Below, piece after piece: positions 62,301 to 64,000 of a stretch of DNA of 64,000 nucleotides (within the stretch, counting starts at the first letter, position 1; each line of letters begins with the position of its first letter). A program made the translations under genes and the position numbers. Below the pieces are notes generated by a model. That model did no database searches. It had not been told where the DNA came from and saw nothing but the letters and a program-made list of their open reading frames with translations. The stretch is from Eledone cirrhosa. Taxonomy: Eukaryota. The stretch is taken from positions 135,222,001 through 135,286,000 of the forward strand of contig OZ024744.1 of the NCBI GenBank assembly GCA_964016885.1, read 5' to 3'.

Positions 62301-64000
62301 AGTTAAGTTGGGGTTTAGTTAACTTGGGGTTAAGTTAAGTTGGGGTTAAGTTAGGTTGGGGTTTAGTTAAGTTGGTGTTAAGTTAAGTTGGGGCTAAGTT
62401 AAGTTGGGGCTGAGTTAAGTTGGGGCTGAGTTAAGTTGGGGTTAAGTTAAGTTGGGGTTGAGTTAAGTTGGGGTTAAGTTAAGTTGGGGTTCAGTTAAGT
62501 TGGGGTTAAGTTAAGTTGGGGTTAAGTTAAGTTGGGGTTTAGTTAAGTTGGGGTTCAGTTAAGTTGGGGTTAAGTTAAGTTTGGGTTAAGTTGGGGTTAA
62601 ATTAAGTTGGGGTTAAGTTAAGTTGGGGTTTAGTTAAGTTGGGGTTAAGTTAAGTCGGGGTTAATTTAAGTTGGGGTTAAGTTAAGTTGCGGGTAATTTA
62701 AGTTGGAGTTAAGTTAAGTTGGGGTTAAGTTAAGTTGGGGTTAAGTTAAGTTGGGGTTAAGTTAAGTTGCGGTTAAGTTAAGTTGGGGTTAAGTTAAGTT
62801 GGGGTTAAGTTAGATTGTGGTTAAGTTAAGTTGGGGTTAAGTTAAGTTGGGGTTAAGTTAAGTTGGGGTTAAGTTAAGGCGGGGTTAAGTTGAGTTGGGG
62901 TTAAGTTAAGTTGGGGTTAAGTTAAGTTGGGGTTGAGTTAATTTGGGGTTAACTTAAGTTGGGGGTACTTAAGTTGGGTTTAAGTTAAGTGGGGTTAAGT
63001 TAAGTTGGGGTTAAGTTAAGTTGGGGTTAAGTTAGGTTGTGGTTAAGTTAAGTTGGGGGTAAGTTAAGTTGGGGTTAATTTAAGTTGGGTCTAATTAAGT
63101 TGGGGTTAAGTTAAGTTGGGGTTAAGTTAAGTTGGGGTTGAGTTAATTTGGGGTTAACTTAAGTTGGGGGTACTTAAGTTGGGTTTAAGTTAAGTGGGGT
63201 TAAGTGAAGTTGGGGTTAAGTTAAGTTGGGGGTAAGTTAAGTTGGGGGTAAGTTAAGTTGGGGTTAATTTAAGTTGGGTCAAATTAAGTTGGGGTTAAGT
63301 TAAGTTGGGGTTGAGTTAAGTTGGGGTTAAATTAAGTTGGGGTTAAGTTAAGTTGGGGTTAAGTTAAGTTGGGGTTAAGTTAAGTTGGGGGTAAGTTAGT
63401 TGGTGGTAAGTTAAGTTGGGGGTAAGTTAAGATGGGGTTAAGTTAAGTTGGGGTTAAGTTAATTTGGGGTTAAGTTAGGGTTAAGTTAAGTTGGGGTTGA
63501 GTTAAGTTGGGGTTAAGTTAAGTTGGGGTTATGTTAAGTTGGGGTTAAGTTAAGTTGGGGTTAAGATGAGTTGGGGTTCAGTTAAGTTGCGGTTAAGTTA
63601 AGTTGGGGTTAAGTTAAGTTGGGGTTAAGTTAAGTTGGCGTTAATTTAAGTTGGGGTTAAGTTAAGTTGGGGTTAAGTTAAGTTGGGGTTAAATTAAGTT
63701 GGGGTTAAGTTAAGTTGGGGTTAATTTAAGTTGGGGTTAAGATAAGTTGGGGTTAATTTAAGTTGGGGTTGAGTTAAGTTGGGGTTGAGTTAATTTGGGG
63801 TTAACTTAAGTTGGGGGTACTTAATTTGGGTTTAAGTTAAGTGGGGTTAAGTTAAGTTGGGGTTAAGTTAAGTTGGGGTTAAGTTAAGTTGGGGTTAAGT
63901 TAGGTTGTGGTTAAGTTAAGTTGGGGGTAAGTTAAGTTGGGGGTAAGTTAAGTTGGGGTTAATTTAAGTTGGGTCTAATTAAGTTGGGGTTAAGTTAAGT
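57360..64000 (+). repeat. Duplication with ~4160-bp offset (~57360-59840 copied at ~61520-64000)
   Basis: agttacggtt 57561/61721 and ggagttaattaag 58071/62231 (offset 4160); ttagttggtgg 59231/63396 and ggtacttaatttggg 59651/63816 (offset 4165). Confidence 0.88.

Larger units (their letters stand above)
1..64000 (+). repeat. Tandem satellite array of a 16-bp monomer (TTAAGTTAAGTTGGGG)n, G-rich strand on +, about 4000 monomers, running off both window ends
   Basis: The consensus ...ggggttaagttaagtt... is seen in every line. Departures are point substitutions, 1-bp indels and 5-bp subunit deletions. Copy number is estimated as 64000/16. Confidence 0.99.

Noticed and set aside
1-64000. Protein-coding ORF on either strand
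   Set aside because: Palindromic TTAA puts TAA on both strands twice per monomer, and the 16-bp period shifts frame with each unit, so all six frames close within a few dozen bases.
1-64000. CRISPR array or other repeat-spacer system
   Set aside because: There are no unique spacers. Sequence between repeats is just more monomer with point variants, and no cas or other genes are present.
1-64000. Canonical telomerase-synthesised telomere tract
   Set aside because: TTAGGG and TTAGG occur only as isolated variants and never as runs. Variant patterns are duplicated over kilobases, which telomerase would not produce.
1-64000. Variant monomers as an encoded message or diversity-generating cassette system
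   Set aside because: Variant order is adequately explained by point mutation plus nested duplication. No recombinase, reverse transcriptase, expression site or reading frame is visible.
1-64000. Pure sequencing noise or low-complexity artefact
   Set aside because: Rare variants recur in the same order at consistent offsets, which random error would not give. Exact HOR copy number could still be misassembled.
1-64000. Promoter, terminator or large inverted-repeat structures
   Set aside because: AT-rich words such as TTAA and TATATT are parts of monomers with no adjacent gene. No CCCC-strand segment appears, so there is no inversion or long hairpin, only 8-10 bp palindromes.

Overview
The whole 64 kb window is one uninterrupted, single-orientation tandem satellite array. 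The monomer is 16 bp, consensus TTAAGTTAAGTTGGGG (6 G, 6 T, 4 A, no C on the + strand), built from subunits TTAAG + TTAAG + TTGGGG. I see no unique sequence, strand inversion, credible ORF, RNA gene, transposon or CRISPR array. The information is in the variant monomers, which recur in the same order and reveal nested higher-order repeats (HORs). These include a 237-bp doublet, a 353-bp duplication, 1.65-1.69 kb units, ~4.16 kb and ~5.9-6.0 kb duplications, and an ~8.0-8.3 kb super-unit of about 3 copies at ~33-59 kb. Some segments also match across ~50-54 kb. The G-rich, C-free monomer resembles telomeric motifs (TTAGG, TTGGGG, TTAGGTTGGGG), but the faithful kb-scale copying of variants points to recombination or replication-based amplification, not telomerase synthesis. 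It is most likely a eukaryotic (sub)telomeric or centromeric/pericentromeric satellite. Organism and chromosomal position cannot be determined from this window. All offsets were counted by hand from marker variants, and block boundaries are approximate.
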